Source of the DNA: Candidatus Hydrogenedentota bacterium
GTDB taxonomy: Bacteria > Hydrogenedentota > Hydrogenedentia > Hydrogenedentales > JAEUWI01
DNA length: 64,000 nucleotides
Assembly (NCBI GenBank): GCA_034669905.1
Contig: JAXMOL010000025.1
Location: forward strand, 40,775-104,774
Reading direction: 5' to 3'
Translations under genes and position numbers: made by a program
In this document: piece after piece, positions 46,008-55,628 of the stretch
Numbering within the stretch: position 1 is the stretch's first letter
Layout: each line of letters begins with the position of its first letter
The notes under the pieces: generated by a model
Database searches by the model: none
What the model saw: the letters and a program-made list of their open reading frames with translations, nothing else
What the model was told of the DNA's origin: nothing

Positions 46008-48101
46008 CTACCCCACAAACAGGGGCGCGAGCACGAGCGAAATAACACACATGAGCTTAATCAGGATGTTAATCGACGGGCCCACGGTGTCTTTCAGGGG
46101 GTCGCCGACGGTATCGCCGACTACAGCCGCCTTATGGGCATCGGAGTTCTTTCCGCCGTGGTGCCCGTCCTCGATGTACTTCTTGGCGTTGTCCATGGCC
46201 CCGCCGCTGTTGGCGGTCTGGATGCCGAGCATAACGCCGGTGGCGATGGCACCGACCAGCATTCCGGCGAGGGCTTCGGGTCCGAGAATCAGGCCCATGC
46301 CGATGGGAAAGAGGATGGCGAGGGCACCGGGCAACATCATGCCGTGCAGGGCGCCTTTGGTGGCAATGTCGACGCAGGTGCGGCTGTCGGGCACGACACC
46401 TTCTTTGCCTTCACGGAGGCCGGGAATCTCGGCAAACTGGCGGCGCACTTCGAGAATCATCATGTCGGCGCAGTAGCCCACGGCGCGGAAGAGCATGGAA
46501 CTGAAAAGGAAGGGCAGCATGGCCCCGATCAGCAGGCCTGCCAGCACAATCGGCTGACTCAGGTTGAGGTCGAGACCGACGATGCCATCGTCCCCGGGAC
46601 GGAGCCCCTGGATACCGGCCATGGCGGTTTCGGTGGCCAGGAGGAAGGCGCTCAGCAAGCCAATGGCGGCGAAGGCGGCGCTGCCAATGGCGAAGCCCTT
46701 CCCGATGGCGGCGGTCGTGTTGCCGACGGCATCGAGGTTGTCGGTAATCTTTCGCACTTCGGGGTCGAGGCCAGCCATCTCGGCGATACCCCCGGCGTTG
46801 TCGGCGATGGGGCCATAGGCGTCCACAGCGACCACCATGCCGGTCGTGGCCAACATGCCGAGGGCGGCGAGGGCGACGCCATAGACACCACACCAATGGA
46901 AGGCGAGAATGATGGCGAGGGCAAGGACAATCACCGGGGCGGCGGTGCTCTGCATACCGACGGCGGTCCCTTCGACGACGGCGGTGGCGGGGCCGGTTTC
47001 ACAGCGTTTTGCGAGATCGCGGACGGGCTTGTAGTCGGCCGAGGTGAAGTACTCGCTCACGAATCCGATGACCATGCCCGAGACGATACCGACGGCACAG
47101 GCGGCGAGGGGCCCCCACCAGGCGAATTCGCGGCCGGCGAGGGTAAAGGATTCTCCGAAGCGCCAGGCGTAGATGGTGGTGCCCAGCATGGCGAGGCCGG
47201 CACTGACGTAGGTGCCCATCATGAGGGCCTGCTGGGGATTGGAGCGGGCGAAGTGTTTGACGTAGAGCACGCCCAGCAGGGAGGCAACGATACCGATGGC
47301 GGCAACAACAAAGGGAAAGGCGAGGACGTAGATGGGTCCGCCTGCGGCCACGATGACCGCACCAATGGCGAGGCTGGCGATGATGGATTCCACATAGGAC
47401 TCTAACAAGTCGGCGCCAAGACCGGCCACGTCGCCCACGTTGTCGCCCACGTTGTCGGCGATCACGGCGGGATTGCGCGGGTCATCTTCGGGAATACCGG
47501 CTTCCACCTTACCCACAAGGTCCGCGCCCATGTCGGCACCTTTGGTGAAGATGCCGCCGCCGGAACGGGCAAAGAGGGCCACGAGGGAGGCGCCCATGGC
47601 ATAACCATTGACGATGGTGGCGTTCCCCTCAAAGAGCCAATAGACCACGGCGAGCCCGAGGAGGGCAATACCGACCACGCCCATGCCCATGACGGCGCCA
47701 CCACTGATGGCGACTTCCAGGGCCCCGACAACGCCACGGGATTGGGCGGCGGCGGTGGTGCGTGCATTGGCCCGGGTGGCGATATACATTCCGAGGAATC
47801 CGGCCGCCGTGCTGGCCAGGGCACCGGCGGTGAAGGCGACGGCCGTCCGCCAGTTCAGGCCCAGATCGGGCTTGTAGAATCCGATGATTACGAAGAATAG
47901 GATGACGACAGCGGACACGGCGGTAACGTAGACGTACTCACGGCGCAAAAAGGCCGACGCGCCCTCCTGGATCATGGTGGAGAGGCGCTCCATATGGGGG
48001 GTGCCCTGCGATTGGGCGAGAACATAGCGGACCAAGTAGACCACAAACAATAGAGAGATGCCGGATGCTGCGACTGCGATCTTTAAGAACGGGATTTCCA
48101 T
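46008..48101 (-). CDS. hppA: membrane-bound ion-translocating pyrophosphatase, K+-dependent type
   Basis: GGGIFTKGADMGADLVGKVEAGIPEDDPRNP; DNVGDNVGD; GNTTAA (Ala indicates K+-dependence); DTVGDPLKDTVGPS; RBS ggagaggaga. Confidence 0.96.
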   Translation of the reverse strand: MEIPFLKIAVAASGISLLFVVYLVRYVLAQSQGTPHMERLSTMIQEGASAFLRREYVYVTAVSAVVILFFVIIGFYKPDLGLNWRTAVAFTAGALASTAAGFLGMYIATRANARTTAAAQSRGVVGALEVAISGGAVMGMGVVGIALLGLAVVYWLFEGNATIVNGYAMGASLVALFARSGGGIFTKGADMGADLVGKVEAGIPEDDPRNPAVIADNVGDNVGDVAGLGADLLESYVESIIASLAIGAVIVAAGGPIYVLAFPFVVAAIGIVASLLGVLYVKHFARSNPQQALMMGTYVSAGLAMLGTTIYAWRFGESFTLAGREFAWWGPLAACAVGIVSGMVIGFVSEYFTSADYKPVRDLAKRCETGPATAVVEGTAVGMQSTAAPVIVLALAIILAFHWCGVYGVALAALGMLATTGMVVAVDAYGPIADNAGGIAEMAGLDPEVRKITDNLDAVGNTTAAIGKGFAIGSAAFAAIGLLSAFLLATETAMAGIQGLRPGDDGIVGLDLNLSQPIVLAGLLIGAMLPFLFSSMLFRAVGYCADMMILEVRRQFAEIPGLREGKEGVVPDSRTCVDIATKGALHGMMLPGALAILFPIGMGLILGPEALAGMLVGAIATGVMLGIQTANSGGAMDNAKKYIEDGHHGGKNSDAHKAAVVGDTVGDPLKDTVGPSINILIKLMCVISLVLAPLFVG

Positions 48102-48145
48102 GACCAGGGTTCTCCTCTCCAATGCAATTGCCACGCTCAAACCGG

Positions 48146-48868
48146 TTAGCCGGTCCGAATATCTACTCCTTCATGAATTAATGCTTCGCGCGCCGCCTTC
48201 TGCTCCGCCTCTTTCTTGGTCGTACCTATACCACGTCCGGCCGCCACACCGCGAATGGTCACCTCCACCTCAAACTCTTTCTGGTGGTCTGGACCTTCGG
48301 CGCGGATGACCTCGAACTGGGGCAAGGCAATCCGCTGGCTCTGGCAATGGTTTTGCAATTGCGACTTGTAGTCGCCATAGCACTTGGCCTTAACGGACGC
48401 CGCGACTTCATCGGCGAATACCCGCACCACGAAATCATGTGCGCAGTCGTAGCCGTTGTCGAGATAGACAGCGCCGATCAAGGCTTCCATACAATCTGCT
48501 ACTAGCGAGATTCGTGCCCGTCCGCCGGAGAGTTCTTCGCCCTTGCCCAGGCAGATGAGGGGAACGATGTTGAGGGCCCGTCCGACGCGGGCCACGGTCT
48601 TGCGATTGACCAGGCCGGCGCGCATGCGGCTGTACTCCCCCGGCGAGCGATCGGGGTAGCTTTCGAAGAGGTGGTGGGCCATGACGAGCCCCAGGACGGC
48701 GTCGCCCAGAAATTCCAGCGACTCATAATCCAGACCGTCTCGCTTCCCATCCACCAGGCTGGAGGCATGGGTAAGCGCGCGATCATAAACGGACACGTCA
48801 CGGATTGGAAAGCCCAGCCGTTCGGCCAGCTCTCTCAATTCCGTGACGCGTTCAACGTTATCAGTCAT
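48146..48868 (-). CDS. rnc: ribonuclease III
   Basis: ALTHAS; ESLEFLGDAVL; ADCMEALIGA; dsRBD DYKSQLQ...GPDHQKEF...KKEAEQKAA. Confidence 0.96.
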   Translation of the reverse strand: MTDNVERVTELRELAERLGFPIRDVSVYDRALTHASSLVDGKRDGLDYESLEFLGDAVLGLVMAHHLFESYPDRSPGEYSRMRAGLVNRKTVARVGRALNIVPLICLGKGEELSGGRARISLVADCMEALIGAVYLDNGYDCAHDFVVRVFADEVAASVKAKCYGDYKSQLQNHCQSQRIALPQFEVIRAEGPDHQKEFEVEVTIRGVAAGRGIGTTKKEAEQKAAREALIHEGVDIRTG

Positions 48869-50090
48869 ATTTGGTGAGGATAAGCGATGCGTTGTGACCG
48901 CCGAATCCGAGGGAGTTGGACATGGTGACATCGATCTTTGCCTCGCGGGCTTCGTTCGCGACCAGGTTCAATTGACATTCGGGGTCGGGGTTTTCGTAGT
49001 TGATATTGGGCGGTGCAATACCGTCACGCATGGCCAGAAGACAAATGACGGCTTCCACACCACCGGCCGCACCGAGGAGGTGGCCGATCATGGATTTCGT
49101 CGAGCTCGCCAGGGGCGTCTCTTCGCCGAAGACGGCATGGAGCGCCTTGCACTCCCCCGAGTCATTCAGCTTGGTGCTCGTTCCGTGGGCGTTGAAATAG
49201 TCCACGTCGTCCGGGTTGAGACCGGCTTCGCGGAGGCCCATGTTCATGGCGGTAGCCACACCGGAGCCGTCAGGACGAGGCGCCGTAATGTGGTGGGCGT
49301 CACAGGTTTCGCCCATACCGGCCACGACACCGAGGATTTCGGCACCGCGTGCTTTGGCGTGCTCTTCCGACTCCAGCATAAGCATGCCCGCACCTTCACC
49401 CATCACGAACCCATTGCGTTCCTTATCAAAGGGACGGCTGGCGCGTTCGGGTTCATCGTTACGGGTGGAGAGGGCGCGCATGGCACAGAATCCGGCAATA
49501 CCAAAGGGGATTACCGTGGCTTCTGCGCCACCTGCCAGCATAAAGTCTACTTTGCCGAGGCGAATCATGTTGGCCGCATCACCGATGGCATGGGTGCCAC
49601 TGGCGCACGCCGTAACGACGCACTTGTTGGGTCCCAGCAGGCCACGATGAATGGCGACGACGCCCGCGGCCATGTTAACCAGGCCTTTGGGTACCATCAG
49701 CGGGGAGACCCGACGGGGCCCTCCTTCAGCCATCTTGACAGAATCAATGTTAATTTCATTGAGGCCGCCAATACCCGATCCGACGATTACGCCCCCGCGG
49801 TAGGGATCGAGCTTGTCCAGATCGAGGCCGGACTGCTTCCACGCCTGATCGGCTGCTTCGATGGCAAACTGGCTGTAGCGACTCATGCGCCGCAGCTCTT
49901 TTTTGTCCATCCCGTCGGGTTGCACGTCTTCGGCAATACCCGCGATTTGCGCAGCCAGATCCGAGGGATCAAAGCAGTCTATTTTCCGGATACCAGATTT
50001 TCCAGCACAAAGACTGTCCCAGAATGTCTTGATATCGTTACCAACCGGCGATACGACGCCGACTCCGGTTACAACTACCTTCGTGCTCAT
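48861..50090 (-). CDS. fabF: 3-oxoacyl-ACP synthase II
   Basis: VVVTGVG; TACASG; DAHHITAP; NAHGTST; GHLLGAAG; SNSLGFGGHN. Confidence 0.97.
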   Translation of the reverse strand: MSTKVVVTGVGVVSPVGNDIKTFWDSLCAGKSGIRKIDCFDPSDLAAQIAGIAEDVQPDGMDKKELRRMSRYSQFAIEAADQAWKQSGLDLDKLDPYRGGVIVGSGIGGLNEINIDSVKMAEGGPRRVSPLMVPKGLVNMAAGVVAIHRGLLGPNKCVVTACASGTHAIGDAANMIRLGKVDFMLAGGAEATVIPFGIAGFCAMRALSTRNDEPERASRPFDKERNGFVMGEGAGMLMLESEEHAKARGAEILGVVAGMGETCDAHHITAPRPDGSGVATAMNMGLREAGLNPDDVDYFNAHGTSTKLNDSGECKALHAVFGEETPLASSTKSMIGHLLGAAGGVEAVICLLAMRDGIAPPNINYENPDPECQLNLVANEAREAKIDVTMSNSLGFGGHNASLILTKYD

Positions 50091-50201
50091 CGGTACCCTT
50101 AATGTTCAAGACCCAGTCCGAGAGTCGCCTCTCGAACTGGGTGCTGCAGTTTTAACAATCTATATTCAAAGCACCCAGACAGGGCATTTATCCACCCTGG
50201 A

Positions 50202-50441
50202 CTAGAGCTTAGACTGTATATACTTAATTGCGTCCCCAACGGTCTCAATTTGGTTGGCGTCGTCGTCGATGTCGATATTAAATTCTTCTTCGAGAGCCAT
50301 CAACAATTCCGTCAGATCGAGAGAATCCGCTCCCAGGTCTTCCATGAAACCTGCGTTGGGTACTACCTCTTCGGGGCTCTTATCGAGACGTTCGGCAATA
50401 ATATCTTTGATCGTTGCTGCTACATCTGCTTCGCTGGCCAT
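50202..50441 (-). CDS. acpP: acyl carrier protein
   Basis: [12 protein letters not shown]...EEEF; RBS aggaaaggagg. Confidence 0.96.
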   Translation of the reverse strand: MASEADVAATIKDIIAERLDKSPEEVVPNAGFMEDLGADSLDLTELLMALEEEFNIDIDDDANQIETVGDAIKYIQSKL

Positions 50442-50820
50442 TAAATACACCTCCTTTCCTGCTGTAAAATGGTGATACGTCTTATTTGGAGCGCAAGTAT
50501 AGCCTGTACTTGGCCTTAAGTTCAACCAGAAACGTCGGCACAGGCACCACGAAGCACAGGACACTTGTGCGCAGAACCTTTCGCACACGAATGTCACTAT
50601 TCAGGACACTTTGCTGATGGCGCCCCAAGGCGAACGCAGCCCACCCCGCTCGTTCCGACGCGGTGTCCTTCCGGATCACCCCCGGGCCTTGAGCGCCATG
50701 ATAGCAATGGCAAAGGGCACCAGGGCAAAAAACCACCATTTATTCAGGATAACAAAGGCAATTACATCGTCGAGGGAAATTCCAAACATGTTTCACAGGC
50801 TCCTCCCCGTCGTGCTGCCG

Positions 50821-51567
50821 CTAACCGGTCAATCGCATGTACAACACCAGGCCTGAGAAGGCCAGGCCAGCCAAGCCGATCGCGAGAGCGATGCGGCTAT
50901 GCACGCGGAATGTTACCTTTTCCTTATCAAACGCACTGGGCCCCGTCCAGGCCACGGCACCGAAGGAGAGCACCACGGCCAGCAGATTGAAGATATACTG
51001 CTGAATGCCCAGTGCGTCACCGGTGAAGGCCGCCAGGAAAAACAGCCAGCCGGCACATGCCAGTGCCAGTCCACCAACCCACGCCGGCTTTTTCGCGCTG
51101 GCGCTTCCGGTCAGCACCCGCTCATTCAGCGCGGCCTCATCTACGAGCGGCGAGAAAGCACGGGGCCGCTCCTCTTGCATCACAGCCGGTCCGGCAGAGA
51201 CGCCGCCCAACTCCTCCTGCAGCGATTCAAAACTTAAACTCTCGGCGGCCGCTGGGGCAGCAGCAGGGGGCGGTGCCGCGGAACCCGACTTCTTCTTTTT
51301 CTTCTTGGTCCCATGGGCATGGACGACAGTGGCGGCCTTTTCGGCGCGAATCTCCCGGCGCTCCTTGGCTTTTTTTGCCCGCTGATCGTAATGAAGGACC
51401 ACACAGCTTACACAGATGCGTCGCCCGCTGCTGGTGCGCTGGATATGACTCTTGCAGACGGTTTTGTGACACCGCTCGCAGGTCCGACTACACTCTTCGC
51501 ACAGGAGCATTTCACACTCGTGGCAGAATCCCACGGAGCTCCGAATACCACAATCACCACATTCCAT
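50821..51567 (-). CDS. membrane protein with N-terminal Cys-rich B-box-like zinc-finger region and three C-terminal TM helices
   Basis: CGDC...CHEC...CEEC..TCERC...CKSH...CVSC; Lys/Ala/Pro linker; three hydrophobic segments. Confidence 0.7.
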   Translation of the reverse strand: MECGDCGIRSSVGFCHECEMLLCEECSRTCERCHKTVCKSHIQRTSSGRRICVSCVVLHYDQRAKKAKERREIRAEKAATVVHAHGTKKKKKKSGSAAPPPAAAPAAAESLSFESLQEELGGVSAGPAVMQEERPRAFSPLVDEAALNERVLTGSASAKKPAWVGGLALACAGWLFFLAAFTGDALGIQQYIFNLLAVVLSFGAVAWTGPSAFDKEKVTFRVHSRIALAIGLAGLAFSGLVLYMRLTG

Positions 51568-51716
51568 ATCGTCACCCTAATCCGCTTTGCAGCGTGCCCA
51601 CTCCCCAGACAGCCGACAGCCAAGTCGATTCCCTATTGGTTTTGATTATACAATGGGGCTATCTCAGCGGCAAATCCGTATCAACCCCCAGAATCCGAGG
51701 AGGAATCCACCGGCCC

Positions 51717-52907
51717 ATGGCAACCCCTTCACTGCTCGAATCACGTACCCTCCTGCTCCAGGAGCTGCTGCAACGCAACGATTGGCGGGGCATCCTGTTG
51801 AATCGTATTGACAACTTTGCCATGGCCACGGGAGGTGCACGCAACTACGTCTCCACCCAGGCGGATCTGGGGGCCTGTGGCATTTTTATCCAGGATGACG
51901 GCACCCTTCACTATGCGGGCAACTCCATCGAGTCGACCCGGGTGATGGATGAAGAGCTAGCGAGCCCGACGTGCATGGCCAATCCCTTCCTCTGGTTTGA
52001 AGATTCGCCCGCCTCTTGGTGCCGGAAGAACTTTGACGGAACGCTCGTATCCGACGATGGCTCCCTCGGAGAAAACGTGGACGGCGCACTGGCGGGACTG
52101 CGTAGTATTTTACTGCCGGAAGAATGTGCCAATTACCGTCGCCTCGGCGCAGATGCGGCCAAGGCCATGGAAGCGACCCTCCGCAGCATTGACGTGGGCA
52201 GCTCCGAGACCGAAATCAGCGCCCGCCTCATCTATGAAGGCCAGCGGCTGGGCTGCCGTGTCTCGGTCAGTCTGGTGGCGGCCGACGAGCGCATCGCCCG
52301 CTACCGTCATCCCCTGCCCACCCTGCCGGGCTCTCCCCACGAGCAGCATGTAAAGCGCTACGTCATGGTGGTGGGCGGCATTCAGCGCGACGGCCTGGTG
52401 GTATCCCTCACCCGTTTCAAGGTGGTGGACACACTGCCCGATGGCATCGCGGATGCCTATGGGCGAATTTGTGCGGTGGACGCACGGATGCAGCAGGCCA
52501 CCCGTCCGGACAAACATCTGGGCGATGTCTTTTCGGCATGCCAGCGTGCCTACACGGAATTCGGCTTCCAGGAAAACGAATGGCACAATCACCACCAGGG
52601 CGGCAGCACGGGCTATGCGGGACGGACCAGCAAAGGTGCCCCGGAAGCGACCTTCCCCTGCCTCGACCCGGAATGGGCGGCCATTGTCCGTGAAAAACTG
52701 GGGACGGACACCACGGTGAGCAGCGCCTTCGCCTGGAACCCCTCGGCCCCCGGCGTCAAATCCGAAGACACCTTCCTGCTGCACCAAGATGGTCGGCAGG
52801 AGATCATCAGCGAGACGCCCGGCTTACCCGCAATGGACTTGGGTGCCGTGTTGGGTGAGTCGACCGAGATTATCAAGGCCACCATGGCCACGCCCGATTT
52901 TCGTTAA
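51717..52907 (+). CDS. M24 (pita-bread) peptidase / creatinase-like protein
   Basis: RYRHP; HHQGGSTGY; AFAWNPS; KSEDT; RBS gaggagg. Confidence 0.85.
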   Translation: MATPSLLESRTLLLQELLQRNDWRGILLNRIDNFAMATGGARNYVSTQADLGACGIFIQDDGTLHYAGNSIESTRVMDEELASPTCMANPFLWFEDSPASWCRKNFDGTLVSDDGSLGENVDGALAGLRSILLPEECANYRRLGADAAKAMEATLRSIDVGSSETEISARLIYEGQRLGCRVSVSLVAADERIARYRHPLPTLPGSPHEQHVKRYVMVVGGIQRDGLVVSLTRFKVVDTLPDGIADAYGRICAVDARMQQATRPDKHLGDVFSACQRAYTEFGFQENEWHNHHQGGSTGYAGRTSKGAPEATFPCLDPEWAAIVREKLGTDTTVSSAFAWNPSAPGVKSEDTFLLHQDGRQEIISETPGLPAMDLGAVLGESTEIIKATMATPDFR

Positions 52908-52946
52908 GCCCGAAACGACGCAAAGGCATCGGAAGGAGCTGCCCCT

Positions 52947-53774
52947 ATGAAGGCGATGTCCGGAATGCACGTCGTCAGCCTGGCCATCAACGTACCCGGC
53001 CCCGTGGCCACCGCGGAATTACATGGCCTTGGCGCCCGGGTATGTAAGATAGAACCCCCGGCAGGCGACCCGCTGGCGCAGTTTTCCCCGCCCTGGTACG
53101 ACCGGCTCTGCGCGGACGCCGAGGTAATTACACTCGACTTGAAGTCGGCGGAAGGTATGGCCGAGCTGGAGAAGCGTCTTGACGATGCCGATTTGCTGCT
53201 GACCGCGTCCCGCCCGGCAGCATTATCCCGCCTCGGCCTGGAATGGTCCCGGCTCCACACGCGCTTTCCCCGACTCTGCCATGTGGGCATCATTGGCTAT
53301 CCCCCACCCCACGAAAACCGGGCGGGCCATGATCTCACCTACCAGGCCTCCCAGGGCACCCTCCAGCCACCGGGGATGCCCAAGGTGCTGTTGGCCGATA
53401 TGGCGGGTGCCCAGCAGGCGGTTACGGCCGCACTGGCCTTGTTGCTGAATCGCGCGCGACATGGCGTGGCGGGACAGAGCTGGGTGGCCCTCGCTGACGC
53501 AGCAGAACGCTTCGCCGTCACGCTCCGCGAGCAGGTCACCACGCCCGGTGCTATTCTGGGCAACGGCCTGCCGACCTATAACATCTACGCCACCCAAGAC
53601 GGCCACGTGGCCCTGGCCGCACTGGAACCCCATTTCCATGCCCGCCTCCTGGAGGCCCTCCAGGTCCGCACCACGTCGCAGGCGGAATTGACGGCATTCT
53701 TCGGACACCGAGACAACGCGGAAAGTCTTGCATGGGCCGAGCAACACGAAATCCCCCTGGCGATTGTGCAGTAG
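52947..53774 (+). CDS. class III CoA-transferase (CaiB/BaiF, AMACR-like), short form
   Basis: SLAINVPGP; KIEPPAGDP; LDLKS; GHDLTY; LADMAG; YNIY.TQDG.VALAALEP. Confidence 0.88.
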   Translation: MKAMSGMHVVSLAINVPGPVATAELHGLGARVCKIEPPAGDPLAQFSPPWYDRLCADAEVITLDLKSAEGMAELEKRLDDADLLLTASRPAALSRLGLEWSRLHTRFPRLCHVGIIGYPPPHENRAGHDLTYQASQGTLQPPGMPKVLLADMAGAQQAVTAALALLLNRARHGVAGQSWVALADAAERFAVTLREQVTTPGAILGNGLPTYNIYATQDGHVALAALEPHFHARLLEALQVRTTSQAELTAFFGHRDNAESLAWAEQHEIPLAIVQ

Positions 53775-53872
53775 GGGAAGCCTCCCCGGAAGCACCCCGT
53801 TGCAATCCACGACAACGCTCCCCTACCATGGCACCACAGTAAGGCACACCGGCGTCTTCACGGAGAAGCATC

Positions 53873-54640
53873 ATGGAATTGCAGGACAAAACCTTCATCA
53901 TTACCGGAGGGGGATCCGGCCTGGGCGCCGCAACGGCCCGCGAGTTTGTTTCCGCAGGCGCCAACGTTCTCCTGGCGGACGTCGATGTGGAGGGGAGCGC
54001 AGCGCTGGTGACCGCGTTGGGAAGGCGCGCCCGCTTCTCCGTTTGTGACGTCTGCAACGCCGAAGACCTGGGCAGGGCGATTGACTGCGCCCAATCGGAA
54101 CTGGGGCCGCTCCATGGCCTGGTCAACTGTGCGGGAGTTGCCGCGATCATGAAAACGGTCGGCCGGGACACCGTCCATGACCTGGCCGTCTTTGAACACG
54201 TGCTCCGCGTTAATGTGGTGGGTAGCTTCAACGCGATCCGGCTGTGTGCCGCTGCGATGCAAGAGCATCCGCCGGATGCTTCCGGGGAGCGCGGTGTATT
54301 TATCAACACCGCATCAATCGCGGCCTTCGACGGCCAGATGGGCCAGGCGGCCTATGCGGCCTCCAAAGGGGCCGTCGTATCGATGACCCTCCCCATTGCC
54401 CGCGATTTGGCCCGTATGGGTATCCGGGTGGTCACCATTGCACCCGGCCCCTTTAAGACCCCGATGATGGGGGCCTTACCCCAGGAGGTCCAGGATTCGG
54501 TGGGTAGCCAGATACCTTTTCCCCCACGATTGGGAGAACCCGACGAGTTTGCCCGGCTCGCGCGCCACATTGTGGAAAACCAGATGATTAACGGTGAGTG
54601 CATTCGCATCGATGGGGCCATTCGCATGGGCCCGAAATAG
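53873..54640 (+). CDS. HSD10-like 3-hydroxyacyl-CoA dehydrogenase (SDR)
   Basis: TGGGSGLG; NCAG; ERGVFINTASIAAFDGQMGQAAYAASKG; NGECIRIDGAIRM. Confidence 0.93.
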   Translation: MELQDKTFIITGGGSGLGAATAREFVSAGANVLLADVDVEGSAALVTALGRRARFSVCDVCNAEDLGRAIDCAQSELGPLHGLVNCAGVAAIMKTVGRDTVHDLAVFEHVLRVNVVGSFNAIRLCAAAMQEHPPDASGERGVFINTASIAAFDGQMGQAAYAASKGAVVSMTLPIARDLARMGIRVVTIAPGPFKTPMMGALPQEVQDSVGSQIPFPPRLGEPDEFARLARHIVENQMINGECIRIDGAIRMGPK

Positions 54641-54681
54641 TCACCCCGCCTGGGTGTAGCCTGGACAGGACTTGGATACCT

Positions 54682-55455
54682 ATGAACGCCAAAGAACAGT
54701 TTGACCGGGATGGCTTCGTGATCTTCCGGAACGTGCTGGACGCGGGACTCATCGCCGAAGCCAACGCCCATGTCGACTGGCTGATGGAGAAACATCCCGC
54801 GTTGCGGCCAGAGGATTTGAACCATACCCTGGTTCAACATGATCCTTTCTGGGTGCGCCTTGTGAGCGACGACCGCCTCCTCGACATTGTGGAGCAATTC
54901 ATTGGCCCCCACATTGCCCTCTTTGCCAGCCACTACATCTGCAAGCCACCCCACGACGGACAGGCGGTGCTCTGGCACCAGGATGGCAGTTACTGGCCAC
55001 TTGATCCCATGGAGGTGGTCACCCTCTGGCTGGCTGTTTCGGATGCCGCTCCGGACAATGGGTGCATGCGGGTTATTCCGGGCACCCAGGAGATGGACCT
55101 CCAGGCGTTACAACAACGCCGTGACATCCCCAATGTATTGAATTCCGGCATGGATGACAGCCTGGTCAACGACCAGAGGGCGGTGGATTGTGTCATGGCT
55201 CCTGGAGACGTCTCGGTCCACCACCCCAATGTTATCCATGGATCAAATGCCAACACGTCCACACGGTGGCGGCGGGGCCTTACGATTCGCTACATCCCCA
55301 CGACGACGCGCATCGGCGTGGACCATCCGGGCCCTCATCCCAGTGCCTTTCATCTGCGGGGCGAGGCGCCTCCGGGAATCAATGAATACAATCCGCGGCC
55401 GGTATATACCGAGCGCGATTGGATGGCCTTTGCGGGCTGTGACGCCTGGAAGTAG
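54682..55455 (+). CDS. phytanoyl-CoA dioxygenase (PhyH) family Fe(II)/2OG enzyme
   Basis: WHQDGSYW; NGCMRVIPG; HGSNAN...RRG. Confidence 0.9.
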   Translation: MNAKEQFDRDGFVIFRNVLDAGLIAEANAHVDWLMEKHPALRPEDLNHTLVQHDPFWVRLVSDDRLLDIVEQFIGPHIALFASHYICKPPHDGQAVLWHQDGSYWPLDPMEVVTLWLAVSDAAPDNGCMRVIPGTQEMDLQALQQRRDIPNVLNSGMDDSLVNDQRAVDCVMAPGDVSVHHPNVIHGSNANTSTRWRRGLTIRYIPTTTRIGVDHPGPHPSAFHLRGEAPPGINEYNPRPVYTERDWMAFAGCDAWK

Positions 55456-55628
55456 TGCGTTCGAGACTCCAAATATTCCCCTTTATGGTTGCCTGCGCGT
55501 AAAGGCCCTGCTATCATGTTGGAGAGCGGGTAGTTGCATCGTTGCCTACCCAAGTGCTGCCCGGGTCTGCCTCGCCAGTCGGCATCCGGGTTTGTTGACC
55601 GTGTTCCAGCCAAAATGAGTTTCCGCCG

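Noticed and set aside
48861..50441. Type II PKS / secondary metabolite cluster
   Set aside because: This is the ordinary acpP-fabF-rnc housekeeping order, with no chain-length factor or tailoring genes.
50690..50760. c-di-GMP-I riboswitch-like GGCAAA motifs upstream of acpP
   Set aside because: The GNRA/receptor stems and P2 consensus are missing, and the motifs are on the wrong strand for acpP.
51057..51716. N-terminal extensions in the ORF track (M24 from 51057, DUF4437 from 15721, EboE from 20645, AcpP from 50597)
   Set aside because: They overlap other genes or promoters. Downstream ATGs match the family starts, most with a clear RBS.
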